This document shows positions 13,792 to 27,400 of a stretch of 64,000 nt of DNA, piece by piece. A program made the translations under genes and the position numbers. How positions within the stretch are numbered: the first letter of the stretch is position 1; every line of letters starts with the position of its first letter. Source of the stretch: Ruditapes philippinarum (lineage: Eukaryota); the NCBI RefSeq assembly GCF_026571515.1, contig NW_026852595.1, forward strand, positions 124,001 through 188,000. Direction: 5' to 3'. Below the pieces are notes generated by a model. That model was not told where the DNA came from, made no database searches, and saw nothing but the letters and a program-made list of their open reading frames with translations.

Positions 13792-14899
13792 GTTTAATAC
13801 AGTTGGTTTATTACGTGTTTTACGTTTTTGCATAGTATCTCGCATAATACTTTTTTCAATATTAATAAATAAATAATTATGTTTAAAATATGAAAACAAT
13901 TATTTACTATTATATGATAAAGGTAAACAGAATACATTCAGAGAAGCAACTTTTATAAATTTAAAGCTTTTGAAACGGAATATCAATCACGTTCTTTTGG
14001 AATTGCTAAACGTAAGGGCAAAAGTATGTCAAGTAGAATATTTGAAGCAGCATTTTCTTTTTTAAGGCACCGGACACTTATATATTTTTCAGATTAAATC
14101 CTTCTCTGCCGCACAAACAATCTGGATATAATAGATCCAGAATTTATTTCGGTTTCGCCGACAGATTTAATGTAGTGGTGGAGATTTGTTGACAATAGAT
14201 ACTAAATGAGGTTTTCCACTTATTCAGGTACTAGAAGAATCTATAACAAACAAAATGATTACAAGACAAAAACAAAGAGAAATATTTTACAATAGACAAT
14301 TCATAAATTACATATTTTACAATTACAATAATTACAATACATGTATATACATTATCAACATTTCAAAATTTCAATAAAATAAATGTATACATACCCGGTT
14401 TAATGTAGAATATTACATATCAGTTATAAGATATATATTTTAGTCAATAGTATTTCTGGTAAGAAATAACAAGTTTGCTAAAGTGATAGTATTGCTTTGA
14501 ATGTAATGAGAGGAGTGGTCAGTTACTAGGAAAATTTAAAGTTATCCCTGAACCGCATCATCTATACACAATCATTCATCCATCACTGCACTTGCAGAAC
14601 CACTTCAATCACCCATAACAAAAGATTAATAGACAAATATTAACATTCATCACGACAATAGATTTGGCCTCGCCTTTAAGAGAAATTAACGTAAACATTC
14701 AAAAAAGCGAACGTGAATATTTTAAACCTTATCTACATAAATTATTAACATATTCTGAGATATGTCTATCTGATCAAAATATTTGGTCAAGACCAGAACG
14801 TCTTGCAAAAGTTTTAAGTTCATAAAAGTTTTTGAAAGTTGTTGTTATATAACATTGTTATATATTTGTAGCCTTGTTGTTGTTATTTGAATATTTCGG

Positions 14900-15735
14900 T
14901 ATGCGACGTTGAATATGTTAACATATCTGCTCTCGTATTTTGCCAAAATAGTCTCACCTTTATTTTTGTAGCAGAGAATTTTATAACTGTAGCATTAGAT
15001 GTTTTCGTATTTGCACCAGACGACAATGTCGTGCAAGTGGCTCAAAAATCTTTTGCATAGATCTCGATTTATCTGTTACAGTTCACCTTTGTACATCTGT
15101 AACAAATAATGTCTGTGTATATTGTTACACTAGACGTTGGTGTATCTATAACAGTAGAATTTAAGGTATATGTTATAGTTGACGTTGGTGTATCTTTTAC
15201 TGTAAATGTTACAGTAGATGTTGCTATACCAGTCATGAGAAATGTTGATGTACTTGTTTCTTAAGCTGTCAGTAAACGCTGGTGTATCTGTTACAAGTAA
15301 TATCGGTTTATCTTTTAGTCTAGCTTTCGAAGTTTCTCTTACAGTCGACGCTCGTGTATCTGTAACAATTGAAGTCGATATATTTGTTAAAAGAGATGTT
15401 GGTGTATCAGTTACAGTAGACACTGGTGTAGATGTTGATATATATATACCACAGTAGATGTTGTGGTATTTGTTACCGGAAATACCAATGTGTCTTTTAC
15501 GGAGCAAGTCACTGTTTCTCCCGAGGCAAAGATTGGTATATCTGTTTCAATCTTGTTTAGTGAATACCCAAGGACAGATAATTGTGTACCTAGGATAATA
15601 TTTACAGTTTATTTGTGTGACAGTTATAGCTGATGGTACATCTTGAGCAGTAAGAATTATTGTATATTTTACATTGGATACGACTGTATATTTTAAAGAA
15701 GATAATGGTTTATCTGATATTGATGATGGTGTTGT
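14900..15735 (-). pseudogene. Degenerate Thr-rich mucin-repeat coding sequence, a decayed continuation of the mucin exon
   Basis: Same GATGTTGGTGTATC/GTTACAGTAGA repeat vocabulary as 18.5-24.4 kb; ORF 15130-15507 reads STSTPVSTVTDTPTSLLTNISTSIVTDT; many frameshifts and stops. Confidence 0.7.
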
Positions 15736-17436
15736 TGTTGAATCACCCTTAGGATATGTTGCCTGCTTTTTAAATTTGTCTTTTGACGTCTTATCTGTGA
15801 TACGCAGGCTTCATAACCTCTGATCCCCTTTCAGAATTCCATTTTATTTAGTTCTGCCCATTGTTTTCTCGTTTAGGGCACACGCTTTTTATTACTTGGG
15901 GACCATACGCCGCTTTTCATGGAATGGCACGGAAGTGTCACATTGAAGGTTCCATGATAACCGCCGTATGAACACATCTGCGGATGTTTCAAAATTCAAA
16001 ATTTTACTATTTTACGTTTAAATGTTGAATTCTGCTTAAGCCGGTGCTAGGGGGCGTGGACGGTAATTTGCACTTTCCAGTACCGTCCATGAACAGGCTC
16101 AATCAAACCGAGCCTGCAACATTTTCAATTTTGCCGTGTTGGGCTTTCTTTAGGGATTCTATATTTATCTATTTTATGATCACATCCGTGTTATTTGTGC
16201 CGTGTGGCGGCTGTAAAAAGTCTCCCCGTACATTTAATCAATGATGTTATATTTTCGATCCTTGAAGATCGTTCAGCACGACATTATTGTTGTGCTTGTG
16301 GTATTTTTAGTTCCAACTTTTCGGCATTTTCTATATGGGTGGTTCCAATATTCCTACTTGAATAATGTTGAATCACCCTTAGGATATGTTGCCTGCTTTT
16401 TAAATTTGTCTTTTGACGTCTTATCTGTGATACGCAGGCTTCATAACCTCTGATCCCCTTTCAAAATTCCATTTTATTTAGTTCTGCCCATTGTTTTCTC
16501 GTTTAGGGCACACGCTTTTTATTACTTGGGGACCATACGCCGCTTTTCATGGAATGGCACGGAAGTGTCACATTGAAGGTTCCATGATAACCGCCGTATG
16601 AACACATCTGCGGATGTTTCTAAATTCAAAATTTTACTATTTCACGTTTAAATGTTGAATTCTGCTTAAGCCGGTGCTAGGGGGCGTGGACGGTAATTTG
16701 CACTTTCCAGTACCGTCCATGAACAGGCTCAATCAAACCGAGCCTGCAACATTTTCAATTTTGCCGTGTTGGGCTTTCTTTAGGGATTCTGTATTTATCT
16801 ATTTTATGATCACATCCGTGTTATTTGTGCCGTGTGGCGGCTGTAAAAAGTCTCCCCGTACATTTAATCAATGATGTTATATTTTCGATCCTTGAAGATC
16901 GTTCAGCACGACATTATTGTTGTGCTTGTGGTATTTTTAGTTCCAACTTTTCGGCATTTTCTATATGGGTGGTTCCAATATTCCTACTTGAATAATGTTG
17001 AATCACCCTTAGGATATGTTGCCTGCTTTTTAAATTTGTCTTTTGACGTCTTATCTGTGATACGCAGGCTTCATAACCTCTGATCCCCTTTCAGAATTCC
17101 ATTTTATTTAGTTCTGCCCATTGTTTTCTCGTTTAGGGCACACGCTTTTTATTACTTGGGGACCATACGCCGCTTTTCATGGAATGGCACGGAAGTGTCA
17201 CATTGAAGGTTCCATGATAACCGCCGTATGAACACATCTGCGGATGTTTCAAAATTCAAAATTTTACTATTTCACGTTTAAATGTTGAATTCTGCTTAAG
17301 CCGGTGCTAGGGGGGCGTGGACGGTAATTTGCACTTTCCAGTACCGTCCATGAACAGGCTCAATCAAACCGAGCCTGCAACATTTTCAATTTTGCCGTGT
17401 TGGGCTTTCTTTAGGGATTCTATATTTATCTATTTT
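15736..17436. repeat. 630-bp head-to-tail tandem repeat, ~2.7 near-identical copies
   Basis: AATCACCCTTAGG at 15741, 16371 and 17001; only a handful of substitutions and one 1-nt indel between copies. Confidence 0.97.
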
Positions 17437-18457
17437 GTGTGTTTTATTTTGCAGAAGATGTTGGTATATATAGTTCTATATATACAGTACATGTTCATAT
17501 ACAACGACTGTCTCAATAAGTCATGGACAATATAACGTTTTATTACAAAATACTAAAAAAAACCAACAAATTTCTAAAAAAATAATAATCTTTTCAATTG
17601 TCTCAAATGTTCATGGTCACTTGACCACGGGCATATCATTTTCTCATCACCTGTTGCATATTTATTACGAAATTTCTTTAACAACGATCGCGAAGCATTC
17701 TGTAACTTTTCCACTGTTTTTAACTTTTTTTAACAGGACTGTAAGTGTCATTCAGCACTAAATGCAAAAAAGATAACCATCTGCTGGGCCACATCAGCGT
17801 CAAATGTTTTTTTATTGTACTCATATGAGCACTACATGAAGATAAAGATGCACTGTATACATGTATGATGAAATTTCGCCATATAGCGTAAAAAACGAAA
17901 GGTTAATGTCAATGCCATAACATTGTGCAGCTTTTCTACCTTATTGTCCATTTACTCTGTTTTGAAGAGAATGTGTTACGTTTGTCAAATGACGATTTTT
18001 ATCGTGGGTCGCACATTCGCCTTAGGTCGTTATAAATACTTTAATATAAAATGTATGTATATTCCTTGATATAATGTTTCTTATTTTACTTAAAATAAAT
18101 GGAAATACGGTACTGCAAAATAATTTTATGACGTAATAGTTTTATTCTACAACCACTGTTCAAGACATTATGGGACAGCCATAGTACGAGTATATAGTAC
18201 AATGGATTGTGTTGTATCCGTCTCAGCAAATTTCTAACCACCATTTAACTTGTATTCGTACTTTGTTTGTTTAACTTCTGTTGTAGATGCCAATGAGCGC
18301 TTTGTATTTGATGCTTTTGAACCTTTGAGAGAAGAAGATAGGGTACCGGTATATGTTGCAGAAAATGTCGGTTTATACATTATAGACGATGTTGAGGTTT
18401 CTGTTACAACAGATTTAGGTTTATTAATATCTGTAACAGTAGCTGTAGATGTACTTG

Positions 18458-21400
18458 TTATAAGAGGTATTGATTACTTGTTATAAGAGGTATTATTATA
18501 TCTTTTTCAGCAGCTATCGCTTCATCTTTTACACCAGATGTTGGTGTATTTTTATCAGTAAAATTAGGTGTATCTGTTTTAGAAGCCATTTGTTTATTTG
18601 TTGAAAATGTTGATGTGTCTGTTACAGATGTTGGTGTAATTGTGACGGTAGAAATTGATATTATATTTAGAGAAGATGTTGGTGTATCTGTTACGGTATA
18701 TTCCGGTGTATCAGTTGCACTAGACGTTGGTGCAACTGTTGTAGTAAATATCGGTGTATCCTTTACAGCTGATGTCGGTGTATCAGCAACACGTGATGTA
18801 AGTGTAACTGTAACACTTGATGTCGGTGCAACTGTTCTTGTAGATCTTTGTGTATTTGTAATCATAGATGTCGGTGTGTCTGTTACAGAAGATACCGGTG
18901 TATCAGTTACACTAGAAGTTGGTGCAACTGTGCTAGAAGATGTTGGTACAACTATTCTAGTAGATGTTGGTATATACATTGCAGTATATGTCGGTGTTTC
19001 TGTTACACTAGATGTTGATGTATGTGTTACATTATAAGTTAATGCAACTGCTCTTGTAGATGTTGGTATGTCTGTAACAGTAAATGTTGGTGTATCTGTT
19101 ACAGTAGATGTCGGTGTATCTGTCACAGTAGATGTCGGTGTATCTGTTACACTAGATGTTGGTGTATCTGTTTCAGAATATGTCGGTGTATCTGTTACAG
19201 AAGATGTCTGTGTATCTGTTTCAGTATATGTTGGTGTATAAGTTATAGTAGATATAAGCGTATATGTTACACTAGATGTTGGTGTAACTTTTACAGTAGA
19301 TGTCGGTGTTAATGTTACACTAGATGTCGGTGTATCTGTTACAGTAAATGTCTGTGTATATGTAACAGTAGATGTCAGTGTATCAATTACTCTAGAAGGT
19401 AGTGCAATGGTTCTTGTAGACGTCGGTGCATCTGTTTTAGTAGATGTCGCTGTATCTGTTACAGTTAATGTCGGTGTATCTGTAACACTAAATGTTGGTG
19501 TAACTGTTACACTAGATGTCGGTGTATCAGTTGCACTAGAAGTTAGTACAACGTTTCTAGTAGATGTCGGTGTATCTGTTACAGTAGATGTTGATGTATC
19601 TGTTACACTAGATGTTGTTGCAACTGTTATAGTAGATATCGCTGTATCTGTTACAGTTGATGCCGGTGAATTTGTAACATTTGATGTTGGTGTAACTGTT
19701 GAACTAGAAGTCGTTGTATCAGTTACACTAGAAGTTAGTGGAAATGTTCTAGTTAAATTCAGTCTATCTGTTTCACTAGAAATCGGTGTAACTGTTCTAA
19801 TAGATGTTGGTATATCTATTACAGTAGCTGTCGATGTATCTGTTACAGTAGAAGTTAATGCAACTGTTCTAATAGATATCAGTGTGTCTGTTGCAGTAGA
19901 TGTTGATGCAACTGTCCTAGTAGATATCGGTGTATCTGTTACAGTTGATGTCGGTGTATGTGTTACACTAGAATATGGTGTAACTCTTCTAATAGATGTC
20001 GGTGTATCTGATAGACTAGATGTTGGTGTAACTGTTACACTAGAAGTTAAGGCAGCTGTTTTAGTAGATGTCGGTCTATCTGGTACACTATATGTTGATG
20101 TAAGTGTTACACTATGACTTGGTGCAACTGTTATTGTAGATGTTGGAATGTCTGTTAAAGTAAATGTCGGTGTATCTGTCAAAGTAGATGGCCGTGTATC
20201 TGTTACAGTTGATGTCGGTGTATCTGTTATAGTAGATGTCGTTGTATCTGTTACACTAGTAGATGTAAGTGTATCTGTTAGACTAAATGTCGGTGTATCT
20301 GTTTCAGTTGATGTCGGTGTTTCCTTTACACTAGATGTCGGTGTATTTGTTACAGTAGATGTCAGCGTATTTGTTGCACTAGATGTTTGTGTATCTGTTA
20401 CTCTAGATTTTGGTGTAGCTGTTACAAATGATGTCGGTGTATCTGTTACAGTAGATGTCTGTGCATCTGTTTCAGTTGATGTCGATGTATCTGTTACACT
20501 AGATTTTGGTATATTTGTTACAGTTAATGTCGTTGTATCTGTTACACTAGATGTCGATGCATCTGTTACAGATGATGTCGGTGTATCTGTAACACTAGAT
20601 GTCGGTTTATCTGTTACAGTAGATGTTGGTGTATCTGTTACAGTAGATGTCGGTGTATCTGTTACAGTTAATGTCTGTGTATCTGTTACAGTAGATGTCA
20701 GTGTATCTACTATACTAGATGTTTGTGTAACTGTGACACTAGATGTTGGTGAAACTGTTAATAAAGATATTGGTGTATCTGTTAAGGTAGATGTCAGTGT
20801 ATCAATTACACTAAAAGTTAATGCAATGGATCTTGTAAACGTCGGTGCATCTGTTTTAGTAGATGTCGCTGTACCTGTTACACTTAATGTCGGTGTATCT
20901 GTAACACTAAATGTTGGTGTAGCTAATACACTAGATGTCGGTGTATCAGTTGCACTAGAAGTTAGTTCAACGTTTCTTGTAGATGCCGGTGTAGCTGTTA
21001 CAGTAGATGTTGATGTATCTGTTACACTAGATGTTGTTGCAACTGTTCTAGTAGATATCACTGTATCTGTTAAAGTTGATGTTGGTGAATTTGTAACATT
21101 TGATGTTGAACTAGAAGTCGGTGTATCAGTTACACTAGAAGTTAGTGGAAATGTTCTAGTTAAATTCAGTCTATCTGGTTCACTAGAAATCGTTGTAACT
21201 GTTCTAATAGATGTTGGTATATGTGCTACAATAGCTGTCGATGTATCTGTTACAGTAGAAGTTAATGCAACTGATCTAATAGATATCGGTGTATCTGTTA
21301 CAGTTGATGTCGGTGTATGTGTTACACTAATATATGGTGTAACTCTTCTAATAGATGTCGGTGTATCTGATAGACTAGATGTTGGTGTAACTGTTACACT

Positions 21401-24400
21401 AGAAGTTAATGCAGCTGTTTTAGTAGATGTCGGTCTATCTGGTACACTAGATGTTGACGTAAGTGTTACACTATGACTTGGTGCAACTGTTCTTGTAGAT
21501 GTTGGAATGTTTGTTAAAGTAAATGTCGGTGTATCTGTCACAGTAGATGGCCGTGTATCTGTTACAGTTGATGTCGGTGTATCTGTTACAGAAGATGTCG
21601 GTGTGTCTGTTACAGTTGAAGTCGGTGTATCTGTTACAGTAGATGTCGTTGTATATGTTACACTAGTAGATGTCAGTGTATCTGTTACACTAAATGTCGG
21701 TGTATGTGTTACACTAGATGTCGGTGTATCTGTTACAGTAGATGTCAGCGTGTTTGTTACACTAGATGTTTGTATATCTTTTACTCTAGATTTTGGTGTA
21801 TCTGTTACAGTTGATGTTGGTGTATCTGTAACACTAGATTTCGGTGTATCGGTTACACTAGATGTCAGTGTATCTGTTACACTAGGTGTCGGTGTATCTG
21901 TTACTCTAGATGTCGATGTATCGGTTACAGTTGATGTCGGTGTATCTGTTACACTAGATGTCGGTGTATCTGTAACCGTAGTTGCCAGGGTATCTGTTAC
22001 AGTTGATGTCGATGTATCTGTTACACTAGATGTAGGTGTATATGTTACAGATGATGTCGGTGTATCTGTTAAACTAGATGTCGGTGTAACTGTTACAGAA
22101 GATGTCAGTGTATCTGTTACATTAGATGTTTGTGTATCTGTTACAGTTGATGTCAGTGTATCTGTTACAGTCTGTGTCGGTGTATCTGATACAGATAATG
22201 TCGGTGTATTTGTTACAGTTGATTTCGGTGAATCCGTTACACTAGATGTTTGTGTATTTGTTACAGTAGGTGTCGGTGTATATGTTACAGTTGATGTCGA
22301 TATATCTGTTACAGTTGATGTCAGTGTATCTGTTATCGTCTGTGTCGGTGTATCTGATACAGATAATGTCGGTGTATCTGTTACTGTTGGTATGGGTGTA
22401 TCTGTTTCTTTAGATGTCGGTGTATCTGTTACAGTAGGTGTCGGTGTATATGTTACAGTTGATGTTGATATATCTGTTACACTAGATGTTGGTGTATCTG
22501 CTACAGTTAGTGTCGGTGTTTCCGTTACCGTAGATGTTGGTGTATCTGTTACACTAGATTTTGCTGAATATGTTACAGTTGATGTCGGTGTATCTGTTAC
22601 ACTAGATGTCAATGTATATGTTACAGTTTTTGTCGGTGTATCTGTTACACTAGATTTTGGTGTATCTGTTACAGTTGATGTCGGTTTATCTGTTACACTA
22701 GATGTCGATGTATCTGTTAAAGTTGATGTCGGTGTATCTGTTACACTAGATGTCGGTGTATCTGTTAAAGTAGATGTCAGCATATCTGTTACAGTAGATG
22801 TTTGTGTATATGTTACAGTACGTGTCTGTGTATCTTTTACAGTTGATGTCGGTGTATCTGTTACATTAGATGTTGGTGTATCTGTTACACTAGATGTTTG
22901 TGTATCTGTTACACTAGATGTTGCTGTCCCTGTTACAGATGATGTCGGTGTATCTGTTACAGTAGATGCCGGTGTATCTGTAACAATAAATGTCGGTGTA
23001 TCTGTTACACTAGTTGTTAGTGTAACTGTTGAACTAGATGTTGGTGGAACTGTAATTAAAGATCTATCTTCTAGAGCAGATGTCGGTGTATCTGTTACAT
23101 TTAAAGTTGGTGCAATTGTATTAGTTGACACAGGTGTATGTGTTGCAGTAGATTTTGGTGTATTTATTAAACTAGATGTTGCCGCAACTGTTTCAATAGA
23201 TATCGGTGTATCTGTGTCAGTTGATGTCGGTGTATTTGTAACACTAGATACTGGTGTAACTGTTACACTAGATGTCGGTGCAACTGTTCCAGTAGATGTT
23301 GGTGTATCTGTAACAATAGCTGTCGGTGTATCTGTAACACTTGATAATGGTGTAACTGTTTCACTAGATGTCGTGGCAACTGTTCTAGTAGAAGTTGGTG
23401 TAACTGTAACTGTAGATGTCGGTGTATCTGTTGCAGTAAATGTCGGTGTATCTGTTACAATAGATGTTGGTGTAATTGTTACACTATAAGTTAATGCAAC
23501 TTTTCTTGTAGATTTTAGTGTATCTGTTACATTAGATGCTGATACAACTGTTTTTGTAGATGTCAATGTATCTGTAACAGTAGATGTCGGTGTTTCTGTT
23601 ACAGTAGATGTGAGTGTAGCTGTTACACTAGATGTTGATGGAACTGTTACACTAAATGTTGGTGCAACTGTTAAAGTAGGTACCGGTATATCTGTTACAG
23701 TAGGTGTCCATGTATCAGTTACAATAAAAGTTGGTGCAACTGTTCTAGTAGATTTCCGTGTATTTGTTAGAAAAGCTGTTGGTGTAATCGTTTCCGTAGA
23801 TGTCGGTGCGATTCTTTCGCTAGAAGTTGTTGTAACTGTTATTGTAGATGTCGGTGAATCTGTTACACTAGAAGTCGATGTAACTATTATAGTGAAGTCC
23901 GGTGTATTCGTTGAACTAGAAAGTGGTGTAACTTTTACAGTAGATGCCGGTGTACTCGTCACACTAGAATTCGATGTAAGTGTTACAGTTGATGTTGGTG
24001 TATTCGTTAAACTAGAAGTTGGTGTAACTGTTACTGTATCTGTTTCACTTGACGTAACGTTTTCAGTAGATGTCGGTGTATCTCTCAAACTAGAAATTGA
24101 CGTAGCTGCTACAGTAGAAGTTGATGTTTTTGTTGGACTAGACGTTGGTGCAGCTGTTATGGAAGGTATTATTGTATTTGTTGCAATTGATTCCTGTGTA
24201 CCTATTATAGCAGATGTTGGTGATTGTAATTCAGTAGATGCTTGTAACTCTATTACAGTAGTTATTGGCGTATCTGTAACAAAAGATACCAGTGTATATG
24301 TTAAAGAAGACAAAACCATGTCTGTTAAAAAGGATGTTGGGTTAGAAAGTGTCGTATCAGCATTTGATATAGCATTTATTGGCGTAGTAATTTGTTCCGT

Positions 24401-24462
24401 TTCTGTTGTCGTCGTTATCTTGGTACTGTATGTTGTTGATAGTGTAATGTTTGTCACAGTAT
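18458..24462 (-). CDS. Exon 4: ~6-kb mucin-type exon of 8-aa (24-bp) TVTDTPTS-like repeats
   Basis: Uninterrupted 2004-codon ORF; acceptor tttatgttttcag ending at 24463 joins in frame to the CCP exon. Confidence 0.9.
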
Positions 24463-27400
24463 CTGAAAACATAAATAAAGCAAATCATTAAAAAAGATTA
24501 TACATTTGAAAGGAAACGTTGGAACATCGTACAGAGTTTTTGGTGTTTTTTTGCACGATAGATTACAATGTTGCCATATAACGTGACCTTTCGGGTACAT
24601 TACACGCAGATTGTTCACCCGATGCACGTATGTTTTTTATTAATAACTTTGATGTTACTCAACCGATTTTGATCAGATAATAGTATCCGTAATTATATAA
24701 GCTACCATCTTTTGAAAACCCTTGAATGGTTTTTGAAAACATTCGATTACATTTTTTTTTCAAAGCCGTGGTCGAGGGGAACAGTACACACTTATTAATC
24801 ACATGCAAATTTACATTTTTTCTATTGATTTACATCGTTTTGAGAACCATAGGGCCTATTTCCCCCACTGTTTTATTTATAGATATAATTATTGAAAATC
24901 TTCATTATGTACTCTGGTTGATGTGTTTCATTTGAAAAATAAAACAGAGCATAATTAAGAAAGTGCTTCGTATCCCTCTCTAAAGTGTGTATGTTCCGTA
25001 ACCCTTTTAAAAGCATGTGCTCCGTAACATTTCATTAAAACTTGATGAACTAATGCTAAAACAGCACTGGATTATTGTAAAACATCAGCAAGAGTAAATC
25101 ATAAAGATTGTTCATATTTTATCTTTATCAAGCTGAGAATAAACAGGCCCTAGGGTTCTAAAAACTCTTTAAATAAATAAAATATGTAAATTTGAAAAAA
25201 AAGAAACACTTATATTATATTAAGTTAAAACAACTGTTCATATATTTTTTATCAGATTTATTTCAAAAAGACAGAAAATGTGTGTGTACCGTATCCTTTG
25301 AAATATAGAGTGCTCCGTACCATTTCAACAATATGCTAAAACATCACTGCATTCACTAGATACATTGGACATAGAAAATCTATAAGATTTAGCATTCATT
25401 TTTCTATGAAACTGTGGGAAAAAAACAGATGAATTGTTAGAAATGATGTGTTGTGATAAATGAATGTGTACCGTTCCTCTTGACCCCGGCTATAAAGAAA
25501 AATGAACTCGAATGCTCTCAAAAACTATTCAGTGATTTTCAGAACTTAGATTTATCGTTAGCAGCTTATATATAAGGACGTTGGGTACTCTGCGCCTTAT
25601 CTGATCAAAATCGGTTGAGTAACAAGAACGTTTTTAATAAAAAACATACCTGAATTTGGGTAAAACTCTACGTGTGCCGTTACCCGACAGGTCACGTGGT
25701 AAGGCCAGATTGAATAAGAGACAGTGAAATACTCACATGGGTGACAAGACAAATTGTTACTCCATGACCCATTTGTTAGACAAACTGCGCTTTTTACGCC
25801 GTCAACTTCTTTATAACCGTTGTCACAAAGGATTCGGATAGTACTGCCAATTGTATATTCGTTTCCTAAATAACGTCCACCCTGAACGTTTGGACGAGCA
25901 CATTCTGAAAATAGTTGATATAAATTCTTAAACCTTGTTTATTCTTCAAACGATTTTAATTATACACTGTACAGAAACCTGAGGAGAAGATAAATCATAT
26001 TCTTATTTCTAGAAATACCAAGTATCACTATCGGGACATTCGTTACTGGTTCTGGATGGAGACTTATCGAGTATTTAGTATCAAACGTTGACACAATATT
26101 ATATCTGTCACACATGGAGCTTAATGTGATACATTTTTCCTAGCGCTTCAATAAACGAAACTATATATGACGCAAAATTGTATGATGTACACGTATACAT
26201 GCATTTGTTTTAAATATGCGTTAATGTACGAGTGGTTTAGTTCATACGCATTTGCATGCTATTGATATTGGACGATAAAGTTATCGGTTATTGGTTACCT
26301 AGAGACAGACTAAAATAATTATGTTTAAAACGAAAACGAATGTTTTGAATACTGTCTTACCTGTTGTTATACATTGTCCGTTTGATAAGTCACAAGTCTT
26401 GTGAGAGGAGCATCCTGTACATGGCATCTGAAATCATAATAATAATTGTATAAGCATTGATTTGTTTCTGATTTTCAAAAGAACCTGTGGCTTTCTGAAG
26501 CGCGATAAATTAAAAAAAAGGGAAAATCAAATTCCAACAACTTAGAATGGAATTTAACCACACATTTTATAAAAAATTCAATTTCAATTCAATTTAACAT
26601 GCAGGGTTCATAGCAGAGGCTTAAGAGCAGCAATCTGTTTTCTAGCTGATATAATAAGTCAGAGTCTGTTAAGTCATGGTTCTGGCGAAAAAGTGCACAG
26701 GATATTTCAGGGGAAAATATTAGCTTTTTAGGGGAAAATATACCTATTTTGAGCTAGGGGAAACAGACTTTGTTCAGGTATGAAAAACATGGAAAAATCA
26801 CTGATAAGGCGTTAGAAAGAAACGTCGTGATAAGGTATAAGTGTTAAATTGGCCAAAGGCATGCTATCATGTAAGTTTGCTAAATAAAACTTAACTAAAC
26901 TGAACTGACAGTTCAATTTCAAAAATGTTTGACGATACGTTTCAAGTATGATTAATTTTTTTTTTTAAAAAGACGCAATCTATATGAAATCAATTTTTAT
27001 TCTAAATGGTCTTGTTGCTTTTTAATACATACTTATATATACATGTACAATAAAATGCTGAGAAAAATCCTTCGACAGCAACGAAAACAAAGCAAAAAAT
27101 GTAACAATTGCAGACTCGATTTAGTTGAGTCTGTTCATGAGAGATTATCTTATGTGCACAATACATCATGTACGTAGCACCGACTTAAGCGGTGTCCAAT
27201 CTATGACATTAAAAGTTTCAAAATTAAAAATCATGAAGGACCAATCGAAATATATATAAAATGTTAAAATGATTTTTGTATTTGAATTTTTACTAGAATT
27301 TACTTATTTGGTTCATTATGTCAGGTATCTTTCCTTAACCTCTTTTCCAACAAGTATACGGAATTCTTTATTCCTTGTTTTGTCTGGTTCAAAAAGTTGG

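Noticed and set aside
16252-16296. Hammerhead-like string on the minus strand of the 630-bp unit (CUGAACGAUCUUCAAGGAUCGAAA after a hairpin)
   Set aside because: The core has an extra nucleotide relative to CUGAnGA and the stem II register does not fit; not callable as a ribozyme without a covariance search
16044-17535. Repeated 66-72 aa ORFs in the tandem array
   Set aside because: Short, no recognisable motifs, one has a non-ATG start; they recur only because the DNA is repeated
18615-24491. Long Val-rich plus-strand ORFs (140-660 aa) antisense to the mucin
   Set aside because: They are the mirror frame of Thr/Asp/Pro repeat codons and are broken by sporadic stops, while the minus frame is continuous and spliced to real domains
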